Assembly (NCBI GenBank): GCA_973851085.1
Contig: OZ316776.1
Span: 15,872,001 to 15,936,000 of the forward strand
Direction of reading: 5' to 3'
DNA: 64,000 bases
From: Ptychomitrium polyphyllum
Taxonomy: Eukaryota
Shown here: positions 12,541-24,500 of the stretch, in pieces
How positions within the stretch are numbered: position 1 is the stretch's first letter
Layout: every line of letters begins with the position of its first letter
Position numbers and translations under genes: made by a program
The notes under the pieces: model-generated
What the model saw: the letters and a program-made list of their open reading frames with translations, nothing else
What the model was told of the DNA's origin: nothing
Database searches by the model: none

Positions 12541-15500
12541 GATATCTTTTAAATCATGCATCTATATGGGATGGCTTGATGATGTTTGTTTTTTGTATTT
12601 GTAATCCAATGCACTTGCCTTGTGTAATGGATAGTCTCTGTGTTCATTGATGAAATTCTAAAATATGATTTTGTACTTCTTGAAGTCTATAAATCCTCTA
12701 AAGGTTCAATATTTTTAAAGAACCTTTCAATTTCAACCAATATGCGTATTTTGAAGTTGAGTCATAGATTGAATGTTGGAAGTTTAGATCTATCACTATT
12801 TTCTTTAGAACTAACCTAATACTTTTGTTTCCACGTCTTTATTTGGATTTTGAAACCTAACTTTTAAAATTTCTTTTGAAGTAAAAACACTAATGTATTA
12901 TGCAATTTTGCATAAAGTTCAATAAGATGTGACATTTCAAATGTATTTTTAAAATTTTTTTCCTTAGTTCAAAATTATAAGGTCCTTTTATTCTGGCCAT
13001 TTTTTATTCAAAAGTCCTTGCAATCAAATTGTCAGATAACACAATATAAGTCAATTCTTTTTATTTTCTAGTTATTCAATTATGTCATGGTGTTGTAAGT
13101 TGTGTCTTGTATTGATTGTTTTTAGTATCATGAAAAGCATAATTAGAACAAAAATGTTTATCATTGTTAAATTCAAATTTATCAACTGTCAAATATTGGA
13201 ATGGAAGGTTGTTTATTATAATATATTGGTAAAACAAAGGTAATCATTCTCAAATTCATTTTAGGTTTCACTAAAGTCTAGGTATATTGTATTGTGAGGC
13301 TTCCACTGTTCTTTAATGGAATCAACTTTTTAAAACAAGTTTAAAAGCACAAAAATTTGTCAAAATTACAAGCACTAAATTAAACATTTGGAGTTTGGTA
13401 CGATTGGTTTCAAATAAAACCACATGTGTATTGAGGTTTGTGAAGATTTCTTATAAAGATGTGTCATTTAGAATATGAATATTGTTTTATATAGTGGATT
13501 GTTTTGTGTTAGAAAACCTTGGTCTCCTTCTTAGTTTTTGTAGGATGAAAAAGTTAATGCTCTTGATTACATTCAAATTATTTGATATAGTGATGCCTAT
13601 ATGTATAGATTAGATTTATATGTTAACCTTTTCTTTGAATGAATGGACGCTCAAAGTCATATAGAAACCACAATTTAGGTGGAAAGAACTTTGCACATGA
13701 CAGACTAATTATTTTGATTAAGAGAAGGATTTTAGTAGTCAAGGAGAAGATGGATAGAATGGTCAAGTTGGTATAGTGTAAGCAAAAATGTTAACATTGA
13801 TTGTTTCTTTGGTCAGTGTATACTAGTTTTTGTACATGTTGGTTTGTTGTTAACAATAATTTGCTATGAATTTAGAGTTTCTAGACATATTAGACATGGT
13901 ATTTCATAAGTTTGTGGGTTGTTAGGTCTAACTTAAGCATGGCAATGAGTTTCTTATGTTTCATATTTATAGTAGAGAGATGAATTAGGAATAATGTTTT
14001 CATGGAAGTGGTTGTGAGACTTGTGGGCATATTTGGTTGTATTATGTTGATTTTGGCCAAATGCTAAAGTTGATTCATAATGTCTGTGAATATTTGAAAG
14101 AAGGTAAATTGTTTAGTCTTGTGTGGAGAATTGTCTAGAAATGTAATAATTCATAATTTAAAAAATTGTGAGATTTTGCATAGGAATCTATAAGATCTGA
14201 TTTCTTGATTTTAGGATTTGTGTAACACTTTATAGCAAATTATACAATTTTTTTACATTCCACTTACTGATAGTACTTGTACATGGAAGGGAATAAATGC
14301 AACTGTACCGTCCATTAGAGAGGGTGTTTGTCAGCGTCACTAGAGGTACAAATTATGATTATCATGGACATACAATGGCTTAATTTCGAACATAATGAAA
14401 AGGAGTGTTTTCTTATCCACTAGAAGGGGCTGGCAAAAATCATGTGGGCTCTGCAAAGTAGGATATCTCTGGATGAGAAATCAGTTTTTACCTGTTGTCT
14501 GTATCCATTCCCAGCAAGTACTGCAGTGGAATACCATTGTCCAAATAATTCGGCTGGGACTCGACGTCACGCATGACCGCTCCGCAGGTCTAAGTTCACC
14601 AGCAGTTGCCAGTGACTTCAAGCTGCCATAAGAATTGTCCACGGAGTCCATGTCAAAATTTTGACCGAGTGACCAGAGAACTTGCACATGGCTAAAACAT
14701 GGTATAGCCCCACAATGCCTGTTCCTATGCAGCCCATGCAAGCTTTTAAAAGATTCCAGTATTTCAAAACAATGCTAAAAGAATTGAAATAATGTAAGTT
14801 TTTGTAAGCTCTTCTTCACTCCAAAACATAAATACAAGTCCAACTATGCATGCATTAAAATATTTGTATGAATAATTGAGTGAAACTTTGTATTATTGAA
14901 GAATGTGTTTTCAATTGTAAACATATTGGACATGAAGTAGGTGATGGGATCATTGGATAAATTTTGGTACAAAACATGATTGAGGTTATAAAAAAGTCTA
15001 AGATTCTCAAAATTAGTATGAAACATTTAATTCCAAAATAGAGCTTAATTTTTTTCATCTTTCTAAGTACAACATCTTGAGCATTGTAAGTAAAATACAG
15101 CTTTCAATTTAGAAAAGAAGGTTTATAAACGTGACAAAATCTATTAAGAGTTCCATCCAAATCACTTTGATTCTTTTGATTTCTTTTTATTTCAATACTT
15201 CAAAGATGTATTATTATATATAATTTTTACAACTTTAATGAATTTTGTTTCAAAGAACAATTTGAAGCATGACAATTTTAAACTAATCATTTCAACTAAA
15301 TGAATTTATTTGGAAGATTAGTTAAATCCTAAAATCAATGTAACTTATAAATTTTTTTTAAAGACTTAAAAATTGGTGTGTTTTTGTTGATAATATAATG
15401 CACAAATATAATAATATTTGTAGTATTTATAAAAAATATTGGTGAACATAATGTTATTATTATAATAATTAATCAAATTAATACTAAATTTACTTGTAAT

Positions 15501-17777
15501 ATTCATATTGATCTTGCTTAAAAAAATTAATTTTGCAAACTATATATATTTTTTGAAAATATTATAAAAATAAAAGGAACTATATATTTTCCATAATATT
15601 ATTTGGTTGAGCTAATAGTTAAGTTTTCTTCATTATAACAATTGGATTCATAATGTTGAAAAAATTTGTTACATTTGTTTACCATATCTTTCTTATAAAT
15701 GGTTCATTGGATCCATAGAAGATTTGTTAATTAGACTCTATCTTTATTTTATTTAGCAAAAGATATAATTGGTTGAAAGATACATGAACTTGATTCCAAA
15801 TTAAGAAATGCTAATTTTATTTTTGAACTAAAATTTGAACAATGTAACTTACAAAACACCCACATGAAATTACCTATCACCTTGTATTTGATTGTAAACA
15901 ACTTTAGTAGTTAAAGTAACTTTGTTTTTGTTGTCAATATAAATTCAAAAATAAAAAATAAAAAAAAGATTCTTTATCTTTTTTTTTTTGGTAGTATACA
16001 AGTTTATTAGCAAATGATATGCTGATTTTAATCAATTCACTTATAAAATCCAACACATTTTTTTTTTAAATTATACATTTATATGTATAAATCCTTAAAT
16101 TTTCAATTTTTATTTTTTAAATTATTTCATATAACCTATGTGACAATGCAAGGATACTAAACATTCTTGTAACACTAGATTTACAAATATTAATTTTTTT
16201 CTATAAGATCTTAGTTTATTATAAAACAATTGCTTCATCTTTAAAATGTCAAAATTAAGTTATATTCTTATCAAGCAATACCATATTAATCAAATCCATT
16301 GACAAATAATTTTTAATTTAATTACTTTGCAAAATTCATACAATTGATAATAAAAATCAACTATTTTACATTCAAGTAGCTTAAATTGATTTTTGTTGAA
16401 TCCACTTGGCCAAATAAGTTATAAATTAATTTCAAATATTGAAAAACACAATTAGTATTTAAAAACCATCCAAAAAATCATTAGATTCTAATATTATTTT
16501 TTGATAGAATGTTCTTTGTAATTCCTATTATAATCTAAGAACTAAGAATAATTATTTTTGTATCATGTAACTAATAAGTATTTATGCAACAAAATTAAAA
16601 GAATGTTAATTGTAGACCATTGTTTGGAATCTATTGTTGTTTGGTTTTTCATTATAGACTTTTAATTTCATATTATACATAAAATTGAATTCAAATTATT
16701 ATTACATTTTAAATAAATTATTTTGCATTGGATGACTTGGAACTATCATAATGCATAATAACACTAAATTTCAACTAAAAATAAAGCATACAAAAACATA
16801 CTACATCATAAGGATTAAATTGATTTCAAATAAATAATTATAACAAACACCATAAATACAAACTGTTGTTGAAATTTATTAAAACTCATCTATTTGTACT
16901 TATTAATATAACATTAAATTTATTGTTAAAACATAAGATCTTTGAAACATATGATTTTCTTTCAATAATCTTCACTCCTTTAAAGATTGAAGTCAATCCA
17001 CAAAATGAAAAATCTTGATATTTAATTAAACTATAATTTGCATCCACAAATTGTGTTGGCAATGACACTACACATCACAACTTCAACACATGAAGAAACA
17101 TTTCTTCATACATTCTTCAAATAATCCAATATGAATCTTTTAATTAATTAATTAAATATCAAAAAACAAACTACTTCTTATTAATCTCAAATATTATATA
17201 AAAATTATGCAAGTTTTTTTAAAACCACAATCATATGTAGCAACTATATTGCACTTCAAAAATACAATACATAAATGTTTCATGATTCAAACTTTGATTT
17301 ATCAACATAAGCGTGTAATGTGACAAACACACAATAAGTCAATGTTTATATACATGCTACCAAACACTTTATACTCAAATTGATCAAACCAAAAAAAAAA
17401 AAGATCAAAAAAATATTCACACTAAAAGCAATCACCATTTGCTCCAAAACACAACTAACAAAGTCTAAATAACAATACGTTTGCAAAAACTTACGCTTAA
17501 AAGAGCAAAGTCCGTAAAATACACTTTGCCAAAAACACAGTACAAACCCTGAAATCAAGAAAACAAACCTTACTTCATTATGCTCAAGGAAAAGAATCCA
17601 AACTAGGTTAACAAGTCGTGCAACAAACCTGACGTGACCACTAAACCGGCTTTCTGACCTCGAAAAGGCAAGTCCTTCAATGCAAAGAATCTTCGAGGAC
17701 ATGAAAAAACATCGAAAAAGGTCCAAAGAGCACAACGACTTCCAATGCAACCTGAGGGGGAGGGGAGGGGGGGGGCC

Positions 17778-17785
17778 TTTAAGAA
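17778..17785 (+). promoter_or_regulatory. TATA-like element of METE copy 2 (mirrored at 10001-10008 for copy 1)
   Basis: TTTAAGAA is the main AT-rich element in a GC-rich context, ~150 bp upstream of the putative 5'UTR intron donor. Confidence 0.4.
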
Positions 17786-17928
17786 GCTGGGACCTGCGGA
17801 GGGAGCTGCATCTTTTGCTCAGGCAGGCGCTCTTTTCACGAAGGCTGTGTCTCGCGAGAGCTCAGATCCCCTTTCCTGTGCTCTCGTCCGCCCGGCTGCG
17901 TGGCTCCGTCGTCGCCAACTCCCCCCAG

Positions 17929-18478
17929 GTGCGTATGCTGGCCGTGCTTGCGGTGGCGTGGGGATCTGTGTGCGCCGTTGCCCCGCCGCTGCGCCTGTGT
18001 CCGTCGTGTCGGGTGACGCTGCAGTTGGGCGGGGGCAGCAGCGTTGGGTGCTTGTGTGTGGTTTTGCACGGTGTGCGGCGCCGGGGTTTTAGATCGGGGG
18101 GTTTAGCGCTGAGCGGGCGCGGCGGTGGTGGGATAGCGGGGGGTCGTTCGTGTGGTGTGGTGGCGGGATTTTGTCGCGCTGGGGTTTGGTCCGTCTGGCG
18201 GCAGCGGGGGTTTGCGTGTGGTGGGTGGGAATGGGGAATGCGGCGGCGGGGGCGCAATGGCGCGAGTGTGGCGGGGTGCGGGGTTGGATCTTGAGAGGGG
18301 CGGGTGTGGGGCTGCATGTTTTCCCTGCGGATGTGCCTGTGTGCGGCGTGCTCTGTCTGTGGGAGGCGCGGTGGCGAGTGTCGCCGTGACGTGACGGTGG
18401 CGGCATGCGCGTGGTGTGCGTGCGGGGGGGTTTGCGTGGCTGTGTCTGACGATTGGTTTGGCGTGGTTTGTTGTGAAG
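17929..18478 (+). other. Putative 5'UTR intron of METE copy 2 (mirrored at 9308-9857)
   Basis: Donor CAG|GTGCGT, branch-like TCTGAC at ~18445, acceptor TGAAG| 20 nt before the ATG. GT-rich composition matches the coding-region introns. Confidence 0.6.
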
Positions 18479-18498
18479 ACGCGTACGAGGCAGCGACG

Positions 18499-21400
18499 AT
18501 GACTTCCCACGTGGTCGGATACCCGCGCATGGGCCCGAAGCGGGAGCTGAAGTTCGCTCTGGAGTCGATGTGGGATGGCAAGAGCGCGGCGTCGGACCTG
18601 GAGCAGGTGGCGAAGGAGCTGCGGGCGTCGATCTGGAAGCAGATGGCCGAGGCCGGAGTGAGCATGATTCCCAGCAACACGTTTTCGTACTACGATCAGG
18701 TGCTGGACACGACCGCGATGGTGGGGGCCGTGCCCGCCCGGTACGAGTGGGCCGGCGGAGAGATTGGGCACGACGTGTACTTCTCGATGGCGCGTGGAAA
18801 CAAGACGAAGCCCGCCATGGAGATGACGAAGTGGTTCGACACGAACTAGTAAGTGTGGGCGGGGCCCGGGGGTGTTGGAGGTGTGGGTGGCGGGGTGTTT
18901 TGGTCGGTTGGGTTGCGCGCTGTTGTGTGGGGGGTGTGGATCTGACATGGCGGTGGTGCGTTCGTGGGCGTTGCAGCCACTACATTGTGCCGGAGTTGAG
19001 CCCGGAGACGAAGTTCGTGTACTCTTCGCGCAAGGCCGTGAGCGAATACAAGGAGGCGAAGGCGGTGAGTGCGATGTGTGGGAGCGAACGGGGTGGTGTG
19101 ATGGTTGCTGTCGTTGCCGTGTGTGGGTCGATGTGGAGGTTGGGTTGGGTTGGTGACGGTGGTGGGGCGCTGACGGTGGTGGTGGGCGTTGGATGCAGCT
19201 GGGCGTGGAGACCGTGCCCGTGCTGGTCGGGCCGGTGACGTACCTGCTGCTGTCGAAGGGCGACAAGAGCGCCGCGAAGGGATTCGACACCCTTTCCCTG
19301 CTGGACGCCATTCTGCCCATCTACAAGTGAGTGGGCGATGGGTGGCCGGGATCCGTTTGTGGGGTGGGGGCGGGGGTTTTGCCGATGGCGGGTTGCGGGG
19401 GCGGCGTGGTGACCCGTGGGCGTGGGCTGCGATTTGCAGGGAGGTGATCGGCGAGCTGAAGGGAGCTGGCGCGTCATGGGTGCAGCTGGACGAGCCGAAG
19501 CTGGTGATGGACCTGGAAGCCGCGCAGTACGGGGCGTTCAAGAAGGCGTACGCGGGGCTGGGCGAGTGCGGGGTGAAGCTGTTGGTGGAGACGTACTTCA
19601 CGGACTTGCCCGCGGAGGCGTACAAGTAAGTGATCGGGAGGCGTGTTTGGAATGGGGTTGCTCGGAGGTGGGGTTCCGGATGGGGGGGCGGGGGTAAGTG
19701 ACGCGCGGGTGCTGAGTGTGGTCTGTGGGGACCGTGAACGGCAGGACGTTGTGCGGGCTGCCGATTGCCGGGTTCGGGGTGGACCTGGTGCGGGGGTCGG
19801 GGACTCTGAGCCTGATCAAGGAGCACGGCGTTCCCGCCGGGAAGACGCTGTTCGCGGGCGTGGTGGACGGGCGCAACATCTGGGCCAACGACCTGGCGGC
19901 GTCCGTGGGCGTGGTGGAGGAGCTGCAGGCGAAGGTGGGGAAGGAGAACGTGGTGGTGTCGACGTCGTGCTCCCTGCTGCACTCGGCCGTGGACATGAAG
20001 AACGAGACGAAGCTGGACGCGGAGTTGAAGTCGTGGATGGCGTTCGCCGCGCAGAAGCTGCACGAGGTGGTGGCGATCGCGAAGGCGGCGGACGGGCAGA
20101 AGGACGCGGCGTTCTTCTCGGCGAACGCCGGTGCGCAGGCGTCGAGGAAGAACTCCCCGCGGGTGCACAACAAGGCAGTGAAGGAAGCTGTAAGTGGGCC
20201 GGAGTCGTGAGTGCAGTCGTGGGCTGCGGGCTGGGTGGGTGCAGTGGCTTGGGCGGAGTGTAGGTGGTGTGGTGGTGGCTGAGGGTTGGTTTGGTGTGGG
20301 AATGCAGGCGGCGGCCCTGGCCGGGTCTGAGCACAGGCGGGCGACGGCCGTGTCGACCCGGTTGGAGGAGCAGCAGAAGCACCTGAACCTGCCGATCCTG
20401 CCGACGACGACCATCGGATCGTTCCCCCAGACGCCCGAGCTCCGGAGGGTGAGGCGCGAGGTGAAGAGCAAGAAGATCTCGGAGGAGGACTACGACAAGG
20501 CGATCAAGGCGGAGATCGACAGCGTGGTGAAGCTGCAGGAGGAGCTGGACATCGACGTGCTGGTGCACGGCGAGCCCGAGAGGAACGACATGGTGGAGTA
20601 CTTCGGGGAGCAGCTGGACGGGTTCTGCTTCTCGGCGAACGGGTGGGTGCAGTCGTACGGGTCGCGGTGCGTGAAGCCCCCGATCATCTTCGGCGACGTG
20701 AGCAGGCCGAAGGCGATGACGGTGTACTGGTCGACGTACGCGCAGAGCGTGACGAAGAGGCCGATGAAGGGGATGTTGACGGGGCCGGTGACGATCCTGA
20801 ACTGGTCGTTCGTGAGGAACGACCAGCCGCGGTCGGAGACGTGCTACCAGATCGCGTTGGCGATCAAGGACGAGGTGGAGGACCTGGAGCGGGCGAAGAT
20901 CACGGTGATCCAGATGGACGAGGCCGCACTTCGCGAGGGCCTGCCGCTGCGGAAGTCGGAGCACGCGGACTACCTGAGGTGGGCCGTGCACGGGTTCAGA
21001 ATCACGACGTGCGGGGTGAAGGACACGACCCAGATCCACACGCACATGTGCTACTCGAACTTCAACGACATCATCCACAGCATCATCGACATGGACGCCG
21101 ACGTGATCACGATCGAGAACTCGCGGTCGGACGAGAAGCTGCTGTCGGTGTTCCGGGAGGGCGTGCACTACGGCGCCGGGATCGGGCCCGGCGTGTACGA
21201 CATCCACTCCCCGCGCATCCCACCGACGGAGGAGATGGCCGACCGCGCCCGCAAGGTAACTGTCGGGGACCCGGCGTGCTGTGGTGGGGGAGCAAGGGGT
21301 CGGGTACTGGGAGGATTGGTGGAGGGGGCGTCGGTGTCCGGGTCGTGTGTGCGTCGGGCGCGGGCGGGCAGTGGTCGCGCAGGTGTGGTTCGTGCAGGGT

Positions 21401-21575
21401 GTGCTGACGGGACGTGGGATGTGGAATGTGGCAGATGTTGGCGGTGTTGGAGTCGAAGGTTCTGTGGATCAACCCCGACTGCGGTCTGAAGACCCGGAAG
21501 TACGGCGAGGTGGTTCCCGCGCTGACGAACATGGTGAACGCTGCGAAGCAGTTGCGTGCGGAGCTGGCCAAGTAG
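18499..21575 (+). CDS. METE: Cobalamin-independent methionine synthase, copy 2 (7 exons, 761 aa, no transit peptide, likely cytosolic)
   Basis: Exons 18499-18848, 18977-19064, 19199-19326, 19440-19625, 19745-20189, 20308-21255, 21435-21575 total 2286 nt, all introns GT-AG. The Zn ligands are present: His/Cys of HTHMC, Glu of IENSRS and Cys of NPDCG. Confidence 0.96.
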
Positions 21576-24500
21576 AGCGGCTGTTAGACGGCAGATGGGG
21601 TTTAAGGCGGGGCTCGTGCCCGGGAGGTCGTTCGCAGTAGTAGGGCGGCCTGGCACACATTTGAGAGATACGCTGGGCAGCTGTGATTTGTTGTGAGTAG
21701 CACGTGTGAGCGGCACGGGGGATGTGGGGCGGTCGTACCCGCATCGCGCGCTGGCGGTAGTTTTTGTATTGCTGATTCATATTCTGGAACATGGGTATAT
21801 TCATTTGACTGTCACTGGTGATTTTTGACCGGATGCGGCAGCCGGTAGGCAATTTTGGCGGGGGAGGCGTCTGAGCGCCGCGTCTGCGCGACTGAGACGG
21901 CGGGAGATGACGTGGCTAGCGGCGAATAGCGTGCTAAGCCTGAGGTCGAACATTGTGGTCGAACATTATGGTCCTAGAGGAGGGAAATAATTTTGTTTTG
22001 TCCGGCTGTTGATGCCGGCGGCCCGAGCATGGGAGTTGTGTGTAAATTGTGATTGGCCCGGGTGTCCGGCCCGTCGCGGGGGTGCTGTCGCGGCGGGGGT
22101 GTCGTTGCATGCGTTGCGTGGGGGTCTCGGTCCGGGTGGGGAATGGCGATCCGCGGAGGTGTAGGTAGTGGAGTGTCGGGCGGCGGCGGTTGCGACAGGT
22201 AGGGATGCGGTGGCGTGTCGGGTGTGATGGTAGGGAGTACGGTGTGGTACGGGGAGCATGGCAGACGCAATGCCGGCGTGGTTGGGAGGGAGGACAGTCG
22301 GTTTTGGTGGGCGTCCGATTATTTCTCGCGGAATCTTCCGCGTATGGATTTGGATGTGGATATGGATTTGTTTCGGTGGAGTCGATTAAGTAGGGGAGTG
22401 TGGTGTGACGGAGCTGTACGGAGAGAAACCAACCGTGGAGTTCATTCCCGAATAATGGAGAAAGGACGTTTGGGCAGTGCGATGGGTGTGTAGTTCTGGA
22501 CATCGTGTTCGTCGGTTTTATGAGTCATAATGTTTTAATTGTGATGGTAATAGAGTTAATTTTTTCGATATTACCGGAGTACTGGAATAAGTAGCTGCTG
22601 TGTCACACTGATTCGGGAGTGTCATATTGGCGTTTAGGTGGCTTGATTTGATGGTTTTGTTGACTTTTGTGTGGACGTTAATTTCGCGATAGTTGGAGTT
22701 TATGCGTGTGGATTTACACTTTTTGGTGTCGTGATCGTCAGTTTGATTCTGTATTTTACATGCTTACGTCCGATGAGTAGGCATCGGCTTGGTTTTTACG
22801 TGTTGCTTTTCATCGTTTCTTGGATTTATTCAAATTTATGAAGCGGTCCTCATTTCTGTGCACACTTGTTGAACAAATTTTTTGACGGTTACTTGATAAC
22901 GGGTGCCTTTGTAGACGTGTTTTATATAGTTTTATATTTGCCTATATATCGGATTTTATCAAATAACTGATACTACTGAAGCGTTTGGTAATTGCTATGT
23001 TGACTAACTCTTGAGTAATGTATTGATGATGGATTGAGGAAATGTGTAGGTTAGGCTATTTGAGATATTAGTGGATATTTCGCAATCTTAAACTTCTAAA
23101 GTGCGTGCTGTGGAATTCTTACTTTCGCGCGACAGACCTGACAAACGGTTGCAGTACTCCTTATCTACTAGCATGGACGACAGTGAAGCACGGCCTTTTA
23201 TATGGATGAAATTTGTCCTACTTCACATGGTTAAATTTGTTGGGACGTTTGGCTACATTCTACTTATTGTACGTCTGTGTTGTTTTTGCACATTGACTGT
23301 TGCATAGGACTAATATGTGTTCCAGTATTGAATAACAATTGTTATTCTTGTTGGGGTATTGGGATAAGATATTGGAGGTGGATGTGGATTCCTTCCTGCA
23401 TACCCCTTTTTCCTTGATAACTTCGTCTTTACTTCGTTTTGGTTAGGATGGATCCAAAGGATTTTAGAGTGATCTTCTTGTAATCTCTTCCAGTGTAGGT
23501 TGTGTTCACCCTTTAGTGAGCAGCATTGCATTTGCTTGTTTCTTGCTTTACAACTTCGAAACAATTGCAGGTTCTCCAACTTGTAATGGTCCTTTTACAC
23601 TGTAATGATCATTTTTCAAATTTGTGCAACCCTTAATGTAAAAATTCTTGCCGTTCCAAATTTGATGATTATACTTGTAACATAATCACTATACTTTCAA
23701 GATATATGGATTCTTGGATTATTTATGGTGTTTGTGTGACATTATAAGTTAGGGCATAAGATTAAATAGTTAGTTTGAAGTTCATAAAAGTTCATGATTT
23801 TGATACCTGATTTGATTCTAATATCATAATCATCATGATTGTTATGGATCAAATACTAAGCAGTAATTAAATTCTAAGTAGTAATTTCTTCTAGTAGCTA
23901 TTGAATATATTTTTTACTTTATTAAGTGGATTGTGTTTTGTTCACACTATTTATTTCTTTGCATTGTATGCGTTGTTTTACTGGCAATTTTTAACAGTAC
24001 TTCAATTTATAAAGTTGTGGATAAAATAGGTTTTTTTTATTTTTACACGTTTGAAAATGGATTATTAGATATTATTAAAAAGCTTACAAAAAAGAAAGAC
24101 TCATGTTTGTATATAATTTTACATTCTTTATTATTATTGAAGACTATAAACTGTCTTCATAGCAATCATGATGATTATGATTTTGGAATTTTCTTTGGTC
24201 ACAAAAATGGTAAATATTAAATTTAGTTCTCTTAGAATATTTTACTTTTTTAGTTTAAATTAGTTTGATATATTTTTAAATGCATTACATAATATTTATA
24301 TATATTATGCAACTTTGAAAAGGAAATGCTTTGCTGTTTGTTCTGTCCAAGGTAAAAACAATTTCTACTTTTTATTATGGCGATTTATTGTATTTTCAAG
24401 CATCAAGATTAAATTATTGGAGTTGAAGCTTTATTGGAAGTTTTTTCAGTTTGTATTGATGTTTTCTCAAAATATATCTGTTATTTTGAACAATTAATGA

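Larger units (their letters stand above)
17750..22486 (+). repeat. Right arm of ~4.73 kb inverted repeat
   Basis: Reverse complement of 5300-10031. Identity ends abruptly at ...gcagtgcgatggg (22486) and at acctgagggg (17750). Confidence 0.97.

Noticed and set aside
18304..18498. Cys/Val-rich in-frame N-terminal extension of METE
   Set aside because: Lies inside the putative 5'UTR intron and reflects GT-rich composition; homology begins at MTSHVVG.
17790..18498. Cobalamin or SAM riboswitch in the METE leader
   Set aside because: No recognisable conserved aptamer motifs; such riboswitches are not established in land plants.
18499..21575. Horizontal transfer or algal contamination as the explanation for GC-rich METE
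   Set aside because: The protein looks like a typical land-plant METE and composition grades into the flanks. Not formally excluded without a phylogeny.
5300..22486. Giant transposon with METE-containing terminal inverted repeats, or a hairpin-RNA locus
   Set aside because: No transposase or target-site duplication seen, and the genes are transcribed divergently, so no fold-back transcript is expected.
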